NCBI GenBank assembly: GCA_025594325.1
Contig: JANHCV010000006.1
Span: forward strand, 930,001 to 994,000
DNA: 64,000 bases
DNA from: Blastocladiella emersonii ATCC 22665
Lineage: Eukaryota > Fungi > Blastocladiomycota
Direction: 5' to 3'
In this document: one piece after another, positions 48,227 through 59,700 of the stretch
How the letters are laid out: each line of letters starts with the position of its first letter
Numbering within the stretch: the stretch's first letter is position 1
Made by a program: the position numbers and the translations under genes
Notes under the pieces: generated by a model
Told to the model about the DNA's origin: nothing
The model's database searches: none
The model's input: only the letters and a program-made list of their open reading frames with translations

Positions 48227-49833
48227 ATGCTGTCCGCTGCCCTGCGTCTGACCGCGAAGCGCAACGTGGTACGTGCGCAGCATTCGGGGGTTGGTGGATG
48301 GTGGTGCTTCGCCGGATGGAGTGCACTCGCTCGTTTGCTCCCTGAACGATGGATGAATCAACAACGAACGGAATGGGATTAGAGGAGGGAGCACGAGTGC
48401 GCTGCCATCGCGAGCAAACCACGCCTCCACCAACGCCGACACGAGGACCCCATACCAACACCCGCTATCCCGTGTAGCGCTCGCTCGCCACCGCGTCGTC
48501 GTCGTCGTACCCCGGCGCGCTCCTCAATGTGCCCAAGACCCAGGTGACGCGCCTGCCCAACGGGCTCACGGTCGCGACCGAGTCGAACCCGGCCCTGGCC
48601 ACGGCCACGGTCGGCGTGTGGATCGACTCGGGCTCGCGCGCCGAGACCAAGGCCAACAACGGCGTCGCCCACTTCCTCGAGCACATCTCCTTCAAGGGCA
48701 CCAAGCAGCGCACCCAGTCGGGCCTCGAGATCGAGATCGAGAACATGGGCGGCCACCTCAACGCCTACACGTCGCGCGAGCAGACCGTCTACTACGCCAA
48801 GCTCTTCTCGCAGGACGTGGCCAAGGGCGTCAACATTCTGGGGGATATCCTCCAGAACTCGACCCTCGACGCCGGCGCCATCGACCGCGAGCGCGCCGTG
48901 ATCCTGCGCGAGGCCGAGGAGGTCGACAAGCAGGTTGAGGAGGTCGTCTTCGACCACCTCCACGCCGCCGCCTTCCCCGAGAACGCCCTCGGCTACACGA
49001 TCCTCGGCCCCAAGGAGAACATCCAGACCCTGTCGCAGGCCGACCTGCAGGCCTACATCAAGAACAACTACACGGCCGACCGCATGGTCGTTGTCGGTGC
49101 CGGCAACGTCGACCACGCCGAGCTGTGCAAGCTCGCCGAGACCAACTTCGGCAAGCTGCCCCAGGGCTCGGGCAAGGCCAAGTTCGTGCGCCCCGCCTTC
49201 ACCGGCTCGGACGTGCGCATCCGCGTCGACGACATGCCCACGGCCCACATTGCGCTCGCCGTCGAGGGCGCGTCGTGGACCTCGGCCGACCACTGGCCCC
49301 TCCTCGTCGCCTCGGCCATGATCGGCTCGTACGACCGCGCCGCCGGCAACGCGCACCCGTCGTCCAAGCTCGCCCAGATCGTCGCCAAGCACAACCTGGC
49401 CAACTCATTCACCTCCTTCAACACCACCTACTCGGACACGGGCCTGTGGGGCATCTACATCCAGTCCAACAACCGCGACAACCTCGATGACCTCGCCCAC
49501 TTCACGGTCCGCGAGTGGATGCGCCTCGCGACCGCCCCCTCCGAGGGCGAGGTGGCCATCGCCAAGCAGCAGCTCAAGACCTCGCTCCTCCTCGCCCTCG
49601 ACGGCACCACGCCCGTCGCCGAGGAGATTGGCCGCCAGATGCTCGCGTACGGCCGCCGCCTGTCGCCCTTCGAGATCGACCGCCTCGTCGACGCCGTCAC
49701 CGTCGAGGACGTGAAGCGCGTCGCTAACGAGTTCATCTACGACCGCGACCTCGCCATCGTCGCCGTCGGCCCCGTCGAGTGCCTCCCCGACTACAACCGC
49801 ATCCGCTCCGCCATGAACCTGCTCCGCTACTAA
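48227..49833 (+). CDS. MAS1: Mitochondrial processing peptidase beta subunit; 2 exons (intron 48269-48477)
   Basis: HFLEH zinc motif, LNAYTSREQTVYY and YSDTGLWG. Exon 1 encodes the presequence MLSAALRLTAKRNV. Confidence 0.97.
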
Positions 49834-49986
49834 GCCGTTCCGCTTGGTGGTTTTGCTGGTGTAACCTTGCGCATTTGTTCTCCCCTTCCTCGCTTCACTT
49901 TCCTCACCTCCCTCCTCACCCCTCCCTCTTATGATAAACACCTAAGTTCTCCATGTTCACCATCATCCCACCAAACACCTTCTTCA

Positions 49987-51226
49987 TCAGACCGAGATCC
50001 CCCCGTACGGCTTAGTGTGCACATACCCCGGGCCATGGGTCTCGTACTCGTCCCTGCTCACGTACGCCTTGGCGTCGGGGAACACGAGGCGCGCCAGCAG
50101 CGACGCGCCGAGGTACCCCGCGAGCCCCGCCGTCTTGCCCGCGTACCCCTCGAGGTACTCGGGCGTGTCGCGGAACCGCACCTCGCGCGGCTGCGTCTCG
50201 CCCAGCGTGCTCGTGATCGGGAACACGAGCCGGAGATCGAGTTCGAGCCGTTCGCGCACGTGCGCGATCCGCGATGCACCGGGACCCGTCACGACCACGG
50301 CGTCGAGGAGCGAGATCCGCGCGGCCGCGTCAGAACCGTCGACCGCCGAGACGACGGTTGACCACAGCGCGACGAGCAGCGCGTCGACGGGCGCCGTGCG
50401 CAGCGACGCCGGGATCGGCGTGTCGCCGAGCGTCGTGGACGGGACGATGTGCGTCGGGAGCGACGCCGACCACAGGTCCGTCGCGGCCGCGAGCGTCGAC
50501 TCGGGGATCGCGCGCGTCGCGGCGTCGGTGTCGGGGTGCGAGAGGAACGCGCGCGCCACGTCGACCATGCCTACGGGCGACAGCCGCGCCGCCGTTTTGA
50601 GCGGGACCGCGTCGACGACGGGCGTCACCTCTACACGTTCCGGGAATGAGAACGCCGTCGCACGGGGGCGAAGCAGGAACGCGCGCACCGATGCAGTCGT
50701 ATCCGATCTCGACGACGATGCCCGTGACGCAGTTGACGCCGAACAGCGCGGCGACGGGCGCCGGGCACGTCGCGAACCCGGGCACGTTGCACTCCTCGAA
50801 GAAGAACTTGGTCGCAATCTCGACGTCGGCCTTTGTCCACGCGCTGGGCACCAGCAGGAGCACCGGGTGGTCGCCCTGCCGCCGCGAGATGCCGAGGTCG
50901 CGCTGGTACACCTGCTTCCTACACGGCCGTGGGTGTTCAGGAGGTTGGATGGGGAGGGCGAGGGGATCGCAGCAGAAGTACCAGTGCGCGCACAGCGCGG
51001 GCCAGTCGCGCACGATCCCGCGCTCCATGGGCGACGGCTGCGAAGGGTCGAACGGGAAGAACTAGATTGACCCGACGGTTCGCTCAGTCACCGTCGTGAA
51101 CCAGCAGAGTACAAGCAAGCAGGGCGGTACCCGACACTGCGGGTCAAGCGGGCCCGTCAGGCCGCCCGAGGTGCCTTCGGCGCCCGGGATCAGCACCACG
51201 TAGCGCTCCTCGCGATTGAGTGACAT
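49987..51226 (-). CDS. ARP9: Actin-related protein, Arp9-like; 4 exons
   Basis: Spliced product MSLNREERYVVLIPG..PMERGIVRDW..HPVLLLVP..FFFEECNVPGF..VTGIVVEIG..VVVTGPG..YLGASLLARLVF..YVSRDEY. Three canonical introns. Confidence 0.7.
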
Positions 51227-51488
51227 GATGGAGAGTCGATGCGTTGCAATAAGTCGTCGGGGTCGGGTGCAAGAGCAAGAGGGAGGGCGGCGAGAGTCGA
51301 AGGCGGTCGGCGGCGCGGCGCGACCTCCTCCGCCGTCGCGAGAGTCTCCGACCGGTCCTCGGAGCTTCTCTTCTCTTCCCCCCTACTGGAAGCGCAGGTA
51401 ATCATCATGTATTGCTCTATGCATCGAATGGAATGGACATCGACCAAGTGGCGCCACGCGTCGCGGCCACCGGGGCGCCGCTCCTTGG

Positions 51489-52442
51489 TCATGACCGCCA
51501 GTTGGGCAGCAGCGCGGCCATCTCGACGTCGATCGCTCTCGGTCTCGCGTGCTTGCCCCTCTTGAAGAGCAGGGAGCCGATGACGATCATGAGCGCGAGC
51601 AGCGCCAGGGTCGCCTGCCACGCGAGTACTTGCCGCGCGCCGCCGACCTTGACCACTTGGGCGGCGTCATCGACGGACAAGTTCGTGAGGGTGGTCAGGT
51701 TGCGGAACTCGTCGGGGATCGGGCCGGTAAGCTGGTTCCCGTCGAGCACGCTACAGGGCGGGGTGCAGGCGGTCAGTGACTGAGCTTCGAGCGGTGCTTC
51801 GCCCGATTCAACGCACAGTGACGTGAGCTTGCGCAGCTTGCCGAGTTCTCGCGGGATCAGACCTGTGAGCTTGTTGGATTGCAAATCTCTAGCAGCGACT
51901 CGACGTGTCAGCGAGCGCAGCTCATAGTCGGAGCGGGAGAACAGTCGTACAGGGACTGGAGCTGCGAGAGCTCGCCGAGCTCCGCAGGGATCGGGCCTGA
52001 GAGCTTATTGTCGTAGAGCTCTCTAGCGTCGACCGGGTGGTGAGAACGTGGGCGGGTCGAGATGTTTAACAGCCCGTACGTACAAGACTTCGAGCTCGGT
52101 GAGCTGGCCCAGTTCCTTGGGAATCGTGCCGGTCAGGTTGCGGCCAGCGAGGTTGCTACAATACTCGCTCTGTCAGTGGACGCGAGACACTTCATGTCGA
52201 CCAGCCAATCGTACAGCATGCGAAAGCGGCCACGCTCGTCGCAGGTGATGCCCGACCAGGAGCAGCAGTCTGCGTCTGCTCCCTTCGATCGGCAGTGATG
52301 GTGGCAACGATGTCGCAGTCGCTCATCGCGTTGTTCACTCGCGGAACTCGACAGCGAGTGGAGGCGCTTGATTCTTTGAAAGGGAAGTTGCGACGGTCCA
52401 GCAGCGCAGCAAGCTCGGTGCCGTTGATCCAGCAGCGAATCC
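51489..52442 (-). CDS. Plant-type LRR receptor-like protein (Cys cap, 4 LRRs, TM, short tail); 5' end unresolved, possibly a pseudogene
   Basis: DCCSWSGITCD cap. Exons 52155-52084, 52022-51951 and 51888-51817 are 72 nt each and a fourth LRR starts at 51750, all matching LxxNxLTGxIPxELGxLxxL. TM VLAWQATLALLALMIVIGSLLF followed by KRGK. Confidence 0.7.
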
Positions 52443-52964
52443 CTGTGGCGAAAGCAGGGTTGGGTCGACGTAAGGGAGGGAATGAGGGTGCTTCCGTCGC
52501 GTGAGGCGGACTACCTGGGCCCCTCGACTGCGGTTACAGCTTACCGCAGCGAGCAACCTGGCACCCGTTGTACAGCCACCCGGTAAGATGGACGGCGGGC
52601 TTCGTGCAAACATGTACTTTCACATGGGCGGGCCGACGTTCAAGGTGACTAGCAACCGAGGCCACCGATATGCACGCGCATCCATCCATCAACTCGTTTA
52701 CTCCTGTGGGTCGCACCAAACTGATTTATCAGTCTCTTTTGCACGTAAGGCTCGTTATCGCGCGCGTCACCTTCCGTGTCGGCGCAGGCCTGTCCCGAAC
52801 AAACTGCGAGACAGCCTGCGGGACATCACGTGTGTGGCTGAACGCGCCGTCGCGTCGCTCATGAGCGCGGGGACGTGAGGACGTGGACGAAGAGCGCAGT
52901 CATGGACCACGCGCTGCGGCATCCTTTTTCAAAGCAGAGGAATGAGGGACGCTGAGGAAGTACG

Positions 52965-53669
52965 TTAGGGTAAATGAGCAAACTGAAGCGTATCTATATC
53001 ATTCACGAGGAGTAACTCCCGTCCGAACATGCAGCCCCCACGGCCATCACCAAACTCGAGTCTCGTGCAACAATCCGGCTCCGCGCTGCGACGCGACTGG
53101 TACAGAGAGCCGCACTCGCGCGGGCGGCGCGGCTTTTTCACGGCGCCAACGCGAGTACGGCCCAAGCAGCGCGGTGCGGGAGGCGGCGGACAATACTCGA
53201 GCGATGGCAACGGGGTCGGAGAGTCCGGTGATTGCGGAGTGCCTGCTTCCCAAGGAGCTTTGAGTCTATCAAAGGATACATGTGGTGATTTGTCCGAGAG
53301 CAACTCCGTGAGCTCCTCCGCCTCTCAAGGACTGAACTTGGATTTGGTTTGGAGAAGCGGGCGCGTCATCCAGCGATCTAGTGCGATGGCGAAGCCCGCG
53401 GAAAGCTGGACAGTTGTGAAATTCGCACGGCAACGACAAGTCGTCGGCCACAACAGACGCCGAGTTCATGAAGTGGAGCTGGTACCGCCGCGCATCGCGT
53501 TAAATAGCTCCGTCAGCCGCGAGCCGTCGGCCTTGTCCACACTCGTCAGGCACTTCACGGACTCGAGCGATCTTAGTTGCGCCCACGTCCATCGAAACGA
53601 AAAGAGGTAGATCATTCTGCTGTCGTCCTCGGGGCTCGGGAAGACTGGGCCTCGAAGCCGACCATGCAA
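52965..53669 (-). pseudogene. Decayed reading frame upstream of the LRR gene
   Basis: ORFs 53466-53669 and 52965-53303 share a frame with two intervening stops. The sequence is protein-like and helical, with no recognisable family. Confidence 0.25.
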
Positions 53670-53940
53670 GAAAACGCAATACTCCTCGACGGCGCGAGAA
53701 TCTCATCGCTCCCATCCACCAATTCGATTGCATCCAGTCTTGATTCATGATTTGTTAGGGAAACCAATGTGGGAGAGAGCTGGCTCGCTCGATGGCGCGA
53801 GGGTCGGCAACTGGCGCGCGCTCTGACTCACGCGCTGACGTGCTCGCGCCGCTTAAGGATCTCGCGAAGAGTTGAAGAAACTGAATGCGCATGTACAACG
53901 TTGAATAGAATACAGAGGAATGGAAAAAAAAAGACTTCCA

Positions 53941-56380
53941 CTACTCTTGAGACGCGCGGCCGACGTGCTGGATCAGGCAGTACATGCCCATGAGCGCATC
54001 TCGCTCGCCTTTGCTGATCGTGGCCCACGACTTGCAGTGGTGCTCGGGGCGGGACGGGTAGAAGACGCGGAAGCGCGACGGCGCCTTCTTGGCGTACAGC
54101 TTGGTCTGCGTAAGGTGCAGCAGCGCCGCGTCGGCGACCGCGCGCATGATCGCGTCCGGGTCGTGGCTGCCGTCGCCGTGGGCGTGGGCCTCGGCCTGCT
54201 GCTTGAGCGTGTCCTCGAGCCGCGCCATGTACTGCAGGTACGCCGTAACCTCGGCGGCGTGGGCCGCGGTCTTGAACAGCTCGGGGTACACGGCCTGGAC
54301 CTGCTCGCCGAGCACCGCCGACTCGGCAGCCATGGCCTCGCGGAACGAGCACGGGTACCACGAGCGGTTCTCGCTCTTGGTCGCCGTGCCGACCGACGTG
54401 TCGAACGTGGTCGTGAGATCGATTCGCAGCTCGTGGTGGTCCTGGGTGAGCGCGCCGACGCGCGACGCGGCCTCGAGCGACATGGCCGGCCGCCGCTGCT
54501 TCATGAGGTACTTGCCGAGGTAGTCGACGGGCGAGTTGGGCGCGTCGCGCTCGACGCGCAGCAGGAACTGGAAGTAGCCGGCGCCGAGGTTCTTGGCGAT
54601 GGCGCGGCCGGAGCCGTGCTTGTTGCTGGCCTTGGCCTAGTCGACGGCCGACGCGTCGCGCACACCAACGCCCGTGATGCCGTCCGGGCTGGCGAGGTTG
54701 TCGCCCTTGGCGGACATGCCGGACAGCACGTCGCCGACCGATCTCGGCTTGATCTTGCGCGAGGCCGACTTGACGACGCGGCGGGCCGCGGCCTTGATGG
54801 ACGAGACCGACTTGCACATGACCGAATTGGCCGACTGCGCGATCTGGCGCACTGGAGCTGTTGGTGACCGGGTCGAGTCGCGGGCAGCGTCGCGGGCCGC
54901 CGTCAAGTCGCGCGTCGACTCGACGCTGGACGACTCGGGCTCCGCCTTGGGCAGCTCGGCGTGCTGGACCGGTGCCGAGACTGGGTCAGGATGCGCGGGC
55001 AGCGCCGTGGCGACTACCGAGCTCGCGGGGGCCGAGTCCTCGGCGACGAGCGTGAACGGGTGGCGCACCGTATCGTGGTGCGTGGCGGCATTGATGGGCG
55101 CGAGGAGAGTCTAAGCGACGAGACACACGCGTCAGATACCAGTCAAACCAGCTCGAAGCTCCGAATGAACGTACAGTGGTGGTAGTGGTGGCCGGGATCT
55201 CGGCGGCCTTGACGGGGATCTCGGCAACCTTGATGAGGTGAAGCTGCTGCTGCTCCTGGGAGCGCTTAGAAACCGAGTCGAGAAGAGCGGAGAGCTACAC
55301 GGCCACGAGGGTCAGAACGCACACGAGCTCAGGGTACCACATCAGGATCACACCTTGAAGTGACTGCTGTGCGAGGCGAGTGCCGGGAGAGTGGGTGCGG
55401 CCGAGGTGAACGGGTCGGCGGGCGGCGAGAGGCACAATGCGGACACCAGCGAGGAAGGAATGGCGACATCGGTCGCAAACGGCTACACGTCGCGGCGAGG
55501 GAGCGGGTCAGGGCCACGACACGCACGGACCGAGGTCATGACGAAGCGGTACCTCGCTGGAGCTGACGTGCGAGCCGGCCGACGACGAGGACAGGTGCGA
55601 GTCCGACGATGGCGAGCGAGGGACGATGTAGCTCCCGAAGAGCTGAACGATCACACAGCGCGCGAGAGTCAGTGCATGCTCGAGTCGGACGAGCGCAACG
55701 GCTCGAGGGAAACGTACGTTGTGGGAGCCGAGCCGCGAGCCAGCCGACGACGACGAACGCGATGCAGCCGAAATCAAAGACGAGGATGAGGTAGACGGCG
55801 ACACCGCGTGCGCGAGCGTGTCGTGATGCGGGGCCGCGTCCGGTGCGGCGGTCTGGCCCGCCGCCGCGTGCGCCAGGAAGAGAGGCACGTCCGGCCCGTT
55901 GTCGACTTGGTCGGCATACGGACGGTGGTACGGCTTCTCGCGGATCTGGGCGGCGGCGGCGAGCGGGAGCGAGGCGAGGGCGGGCGCGGGGGTAGTCGCC
56001 GGGATGATGGTGGTGGTGGTGCTCGCGGCGGGCGAGTTGGTCGTCGTCGGGATGGCGGCCGTGATGCCGAGGGTCGAAATGGAGCCGGCCTTGATGGTAG
56101 CCGGCGACGTGGCCGACGACAACGAGGCGGGGAGGGCCTTGGTGGTGGTGCCCGAGACGGCCGGGGCAGGAGCGACCGAAGCCGTCGCCGAGTGGAGCGA
56201 CATGGTCGAGTACGCCTTGACGAGGGCCATGACGTTGGTCTTGGCGTTGGTGGGCGCCGAGCGACGGCACGACGACGACGAGGTGAGGCTGGCCGAGGAG
56301 CCGGCAGCAGCCGAAAGCGACTCGAACAGCGAGATCTTGCTGGTGACGCGGTCAGCGACGGGGATCTCGTGGATGGTCAT
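53941..56380 (-). CDS. Five-exon uncharacterised gene (723 aa if read through) with a Dpy-30/RIIa-like motif, interrupted by an in-frame TAG at 54639-54637
   Basis: Four canonical phase-0 introns (55717-55643, 55552-55483, 55353-55295, 55174-55111). Host codon bias on both sides of the TAG. FQFLLRVERDAPNSPVDYLGKYL resembles a dimerisation/docking motif. Confidence 0.65.
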
Positions 56381-59269
56381 GGTGGCGATGCGGGACGCGA
56401 TGGTTGGCGGTGCGCGTGGGTCGAGTCAAAGTCTACGCGAGGAACTCGGTGAGCATGGCCGCGCGTCACGGCGACACGGCAGGAGAGCGTACGGAGGTAG
56501 TAGACTGGCCGCGAACAAGGCCGGTCAAACTTGGTGGTGGTGGCGAAGCAGAGGGAGGCAGGGTCGGCAGTGACGATGGGGTCCAGGCGCGGATCCGATC
56601 AGGTCGAGCCGTGCTGGATCGAAGTGGTCGGCAGCTAGCAGCAGGGACGAGGGCGACGGCACAGGATGCGTGTGCGGGTGGCTCTCGAGGGGGTGCGGGG
56701 AAGGCCGAGTCGTCGATACGGGGAGCACAGCTGGTGAGCGGTGGTGCGGATGCCGAGGTCTGCTTACGGGTGCGGAAGACGATCGTGAAGCCGGTCGTCG
56801 TTGCGGAGGTCCGTCGGATATGATACTGTTACGAGTTTGATCCGAAAGAGAAGGGTCGAGTGAGCGATGGTGGGGGAGGGGGAGGGCGGGCGGGCACATG
56901 AGGGCCCAGCCCCGCGGCGTGCGAGACCGTTGCATGGGCATGGGCTGGCATCAGGTTAGCGTGGGAGGCGGCGAACTGACTGACGGGTTGGCAAACGCCC
57001 ATGGTTTGAAGCGAACGGAGCGCGAAGGGTCAGTGTTCGTCGCGTGTCTCGCACAAGACACATGACCCGTCGCCAAGGACCGAACTGATCGCGGCGACGG
57101 ATCACGGAATATATCACGACGTGATGGCCTAGACGGCGTTGAACAAGCTGCAACGTGTACTGTCAGACACGGCTGGCAACGGCGTCGTCAGTGGAGTGGT
57201 CGAAAGCCCGGCTGAGTCCCCTTCAGTAGGCCGTGGCGATCTGAGGTGACCGACCTGCTGGGTCGTCGAGCGGGCATCAGTCCGCTCCGAACCCGGACGC
57301 GCTCACGATTGGAACATACGAGCGGATCAGCGTGTTGCTCACGCGGTGTTGCTCCGAGTGCTGAGCAAGCAGATCGAAAGCGCTCCTGACGTTTGAGTGA
57401 CGTTCGACGGGGTCGAGGCGGCGGAAGGAAGCGCACGGTTGCGAGCGAATGTATAGGTGGAGCATCGGGGAGGCCGCGGGGGAGACTCGAGGGAGGAGAA
57501 CCGTAGAATGGAATCGGACGCGTTACAAGAGCAGTAGAGCTCGCGCGGAGCACGGTGTGAGCGTGGGTCGCGGCGACGAGGCGGAGGTACAGGATCCAGT
57601 GGGTGCGCGGTCGCGAGTGGGGTTGGGAGGGACTCGGGAGGACGTGCAGAGTGGAGGGAGCAGTGAAGGAGGCTGGGCGAGATTGTGGGTAGAGCGGAGT
57701 ACGAGGTCGGGGACGGTGACGAGGCAGGGGAGGATCGGGAAACACGCTACCGCTGTCGATCCGTGGTGATTCCATCAAGTCGATTCGGGCTACATGGCGG
57801 CGGGACAGCGGATTAGTGGCTGAGGAGCGAGCGAGTGCGTGTCGATGGTTCCGAGCACAGCAACGCGTCGACGCGTTGCTCATGGCCGCGTGCGCGTGGG
57901 ACCGCGTGGCGCCGCCACGATCGACGCCGCGCGCCCGTTCCCGCGCGTTGGGCCGCTGGCCAGCAGGGGTTCCCTGCTGGCTGGCAACCCGACTCCACTG
58001 CAGCTCGTCGAGATGGGCCACATTCGTGCGATCCATGGTGAGTGCGGCTGTCGCAGCAGGCGCAACGGCGGCGGCTAACACGTCCCCGGGCACCCGCCGG
58101 TGGCGGGCTGACCGCGACGGCGATCGCACCCGCACGGCCGCGCGTCGGCGTGAGTACTGGCGACTCCCTGCAACTAAGCGGTATAGATATCGGTGATCCG
58201 GGTGGCGGGCGAGATGAGGCGGTGAGGATGTGCCCGAACGGCGGCCCACGGCGGACCTCGAACGCTTCTGACGCGGAGGCCGCGCGAGGGCACACTTGAG
58301 TGATGCGCCAGAGTGTACATACCGGACAGGCTGATGGAGTACCAGTGCCGTACTGACACAGAGAAGATGGAGCAGTGCTCGTTGACGGCGCCGACGCACC
58401 CGCGCGAGTCGCCGCGGCAGGATGGCTCCATCGAGGCCCGTGATGCGCGCCGTGTGACGGGGATCTCGAAGAGAAGCTCAATGCCGCACGCGCGGCCCAT
58501 CATTGCGCTCGAAAACCGTCCGCACTCGTCGCCGACGAGCGGGGTGCTTGTGCGAGGCGCGCACTGATCGCGATCGTGATGGACTCGAGCGGCTCGACAC
58601 GCGACAAGGCCCGCAAGGGCTCGGCAAGCATGGCCATGGTGCCTGCGGTGGGTTGCATGAAGATACATTGCGATTTGTGGGTGTGTGGCGGCCGGTGCTG
58701 GAGAAAGGGGGAGCGATGAAGGGAGAAGGGAGAGCGGCAGCGAAAATGACCGACGCGTCGAGTGACGCGACCCGTTTGCTGCTGCCACCACACCACACCG
58801 GCATCCCTATGCTCGCTCGACCACCCTCGCCCACTCATAAACTATGCTGCGTGTATTCAATGGCACTGCCAATCCGTCCTCCACCTTGCACCGCTTGCCG
58901 CCGGCGTGTCCGGGACCGCGCTGCGCCGTGGCGGCTGGCGCGAATGCAGCGAGCGGCCACGCCCGCCCCGCCGCCGCCGCCGCGCTGCTGCTGTTGTTGC
59001 CACTTCTCGCGCCGCCGCGGTACGCGAACAGCGGGGACTACGGGGACTGGACGAGGGTGCCCGAGCGCGATGACGACGAGGGCGTCGGGGAAGCGGCCGC
59101 GGATGACGACAAGGACGATGCGTCGTGGAAGCGGCCGCGGATGACGACGACGGTCCGGCGTATGGTCGCCGCGCGGTACGCGCACGCCGTGGGCGCAGCT
59201 CCTCGACCGTCTCGCGGGCAATGTTGATTCGGTGCATGAATCCGGTCGGTGGTGAGCTCGCGCGAGGAA

Positions 59270-59700
59270 GAGAGACCCGACAAAGATCTGCTCAAGGTGC
59301 TGGAGGCGGACATGGGCGAGGTCGGTGAGCTGTACTGTGTGGCGAGCACGGCTGTTGTTGATGAGGACGACGCCGCAGCCGTCGCGGCCCTACACGTCAC
59401 CTACTCCACGTCGAGGTACTCGACGTGGTCGGGTGTCGCGCGCCGTGACCATGGCCGTGTCATCGTTGAAGTGGACGCCCGAGATGCCGTTTGTCGGCTG
59501 GCACCCGAGCCCGAACATGAACGAGAGCCCGATGCACTGGACCGTGTGCACGATGGGCGGCGCCGTGTCCGCCGCATCGGCCACGCGCGGCGACTCGAGA
59601 GCTCGATCCCGAACACGGTGCCGTCGCCGCCCAGGTGCGCCAAGTGCCACGACAGCGACAGGTTGCAGTGCATGGCCTCGACGACGCCAGGCGCTTGCTC
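59270..59700 (-). pseudogene. Decayed Polo-box domain fragment (Polo-like kinase relic)
   Basis: APPIVHTVQCIGLSFMFGLGCQPTNGISGVHFNDDTAMV (about 59560-59447) aligns with Polo box 1 (KW.DYS.KYGLGYQL.NG..GV.FND.T.MV). Then DHVEYLD and VRLQHLEQIFV follow in shifted frames, with a stop between them. Confidence 0.65.

Noticed and set aside
52215-52442. Frameshift in the LRR cap exon (SDCDIVATI and DCCSW are in different frames)
   Set aside because: The DCCSW frame is itself open across the whole exon, so a frameshift cannot be proven from sequence alone.
57188-58838. ORFs 57188-58399, 57813-58481 and 58174-58791 as genes
   Set aside because: No codon bias or motifs. A decayed gene is possible but cannot be supported.
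59090-59150. 22-bp direct repeat GGAAGCGGCCGCGGATGACGAC, about 39 bp apart
   Set aside because: It is a local slippage duplication in decayed sequence, with no element ends or target-site pattern.
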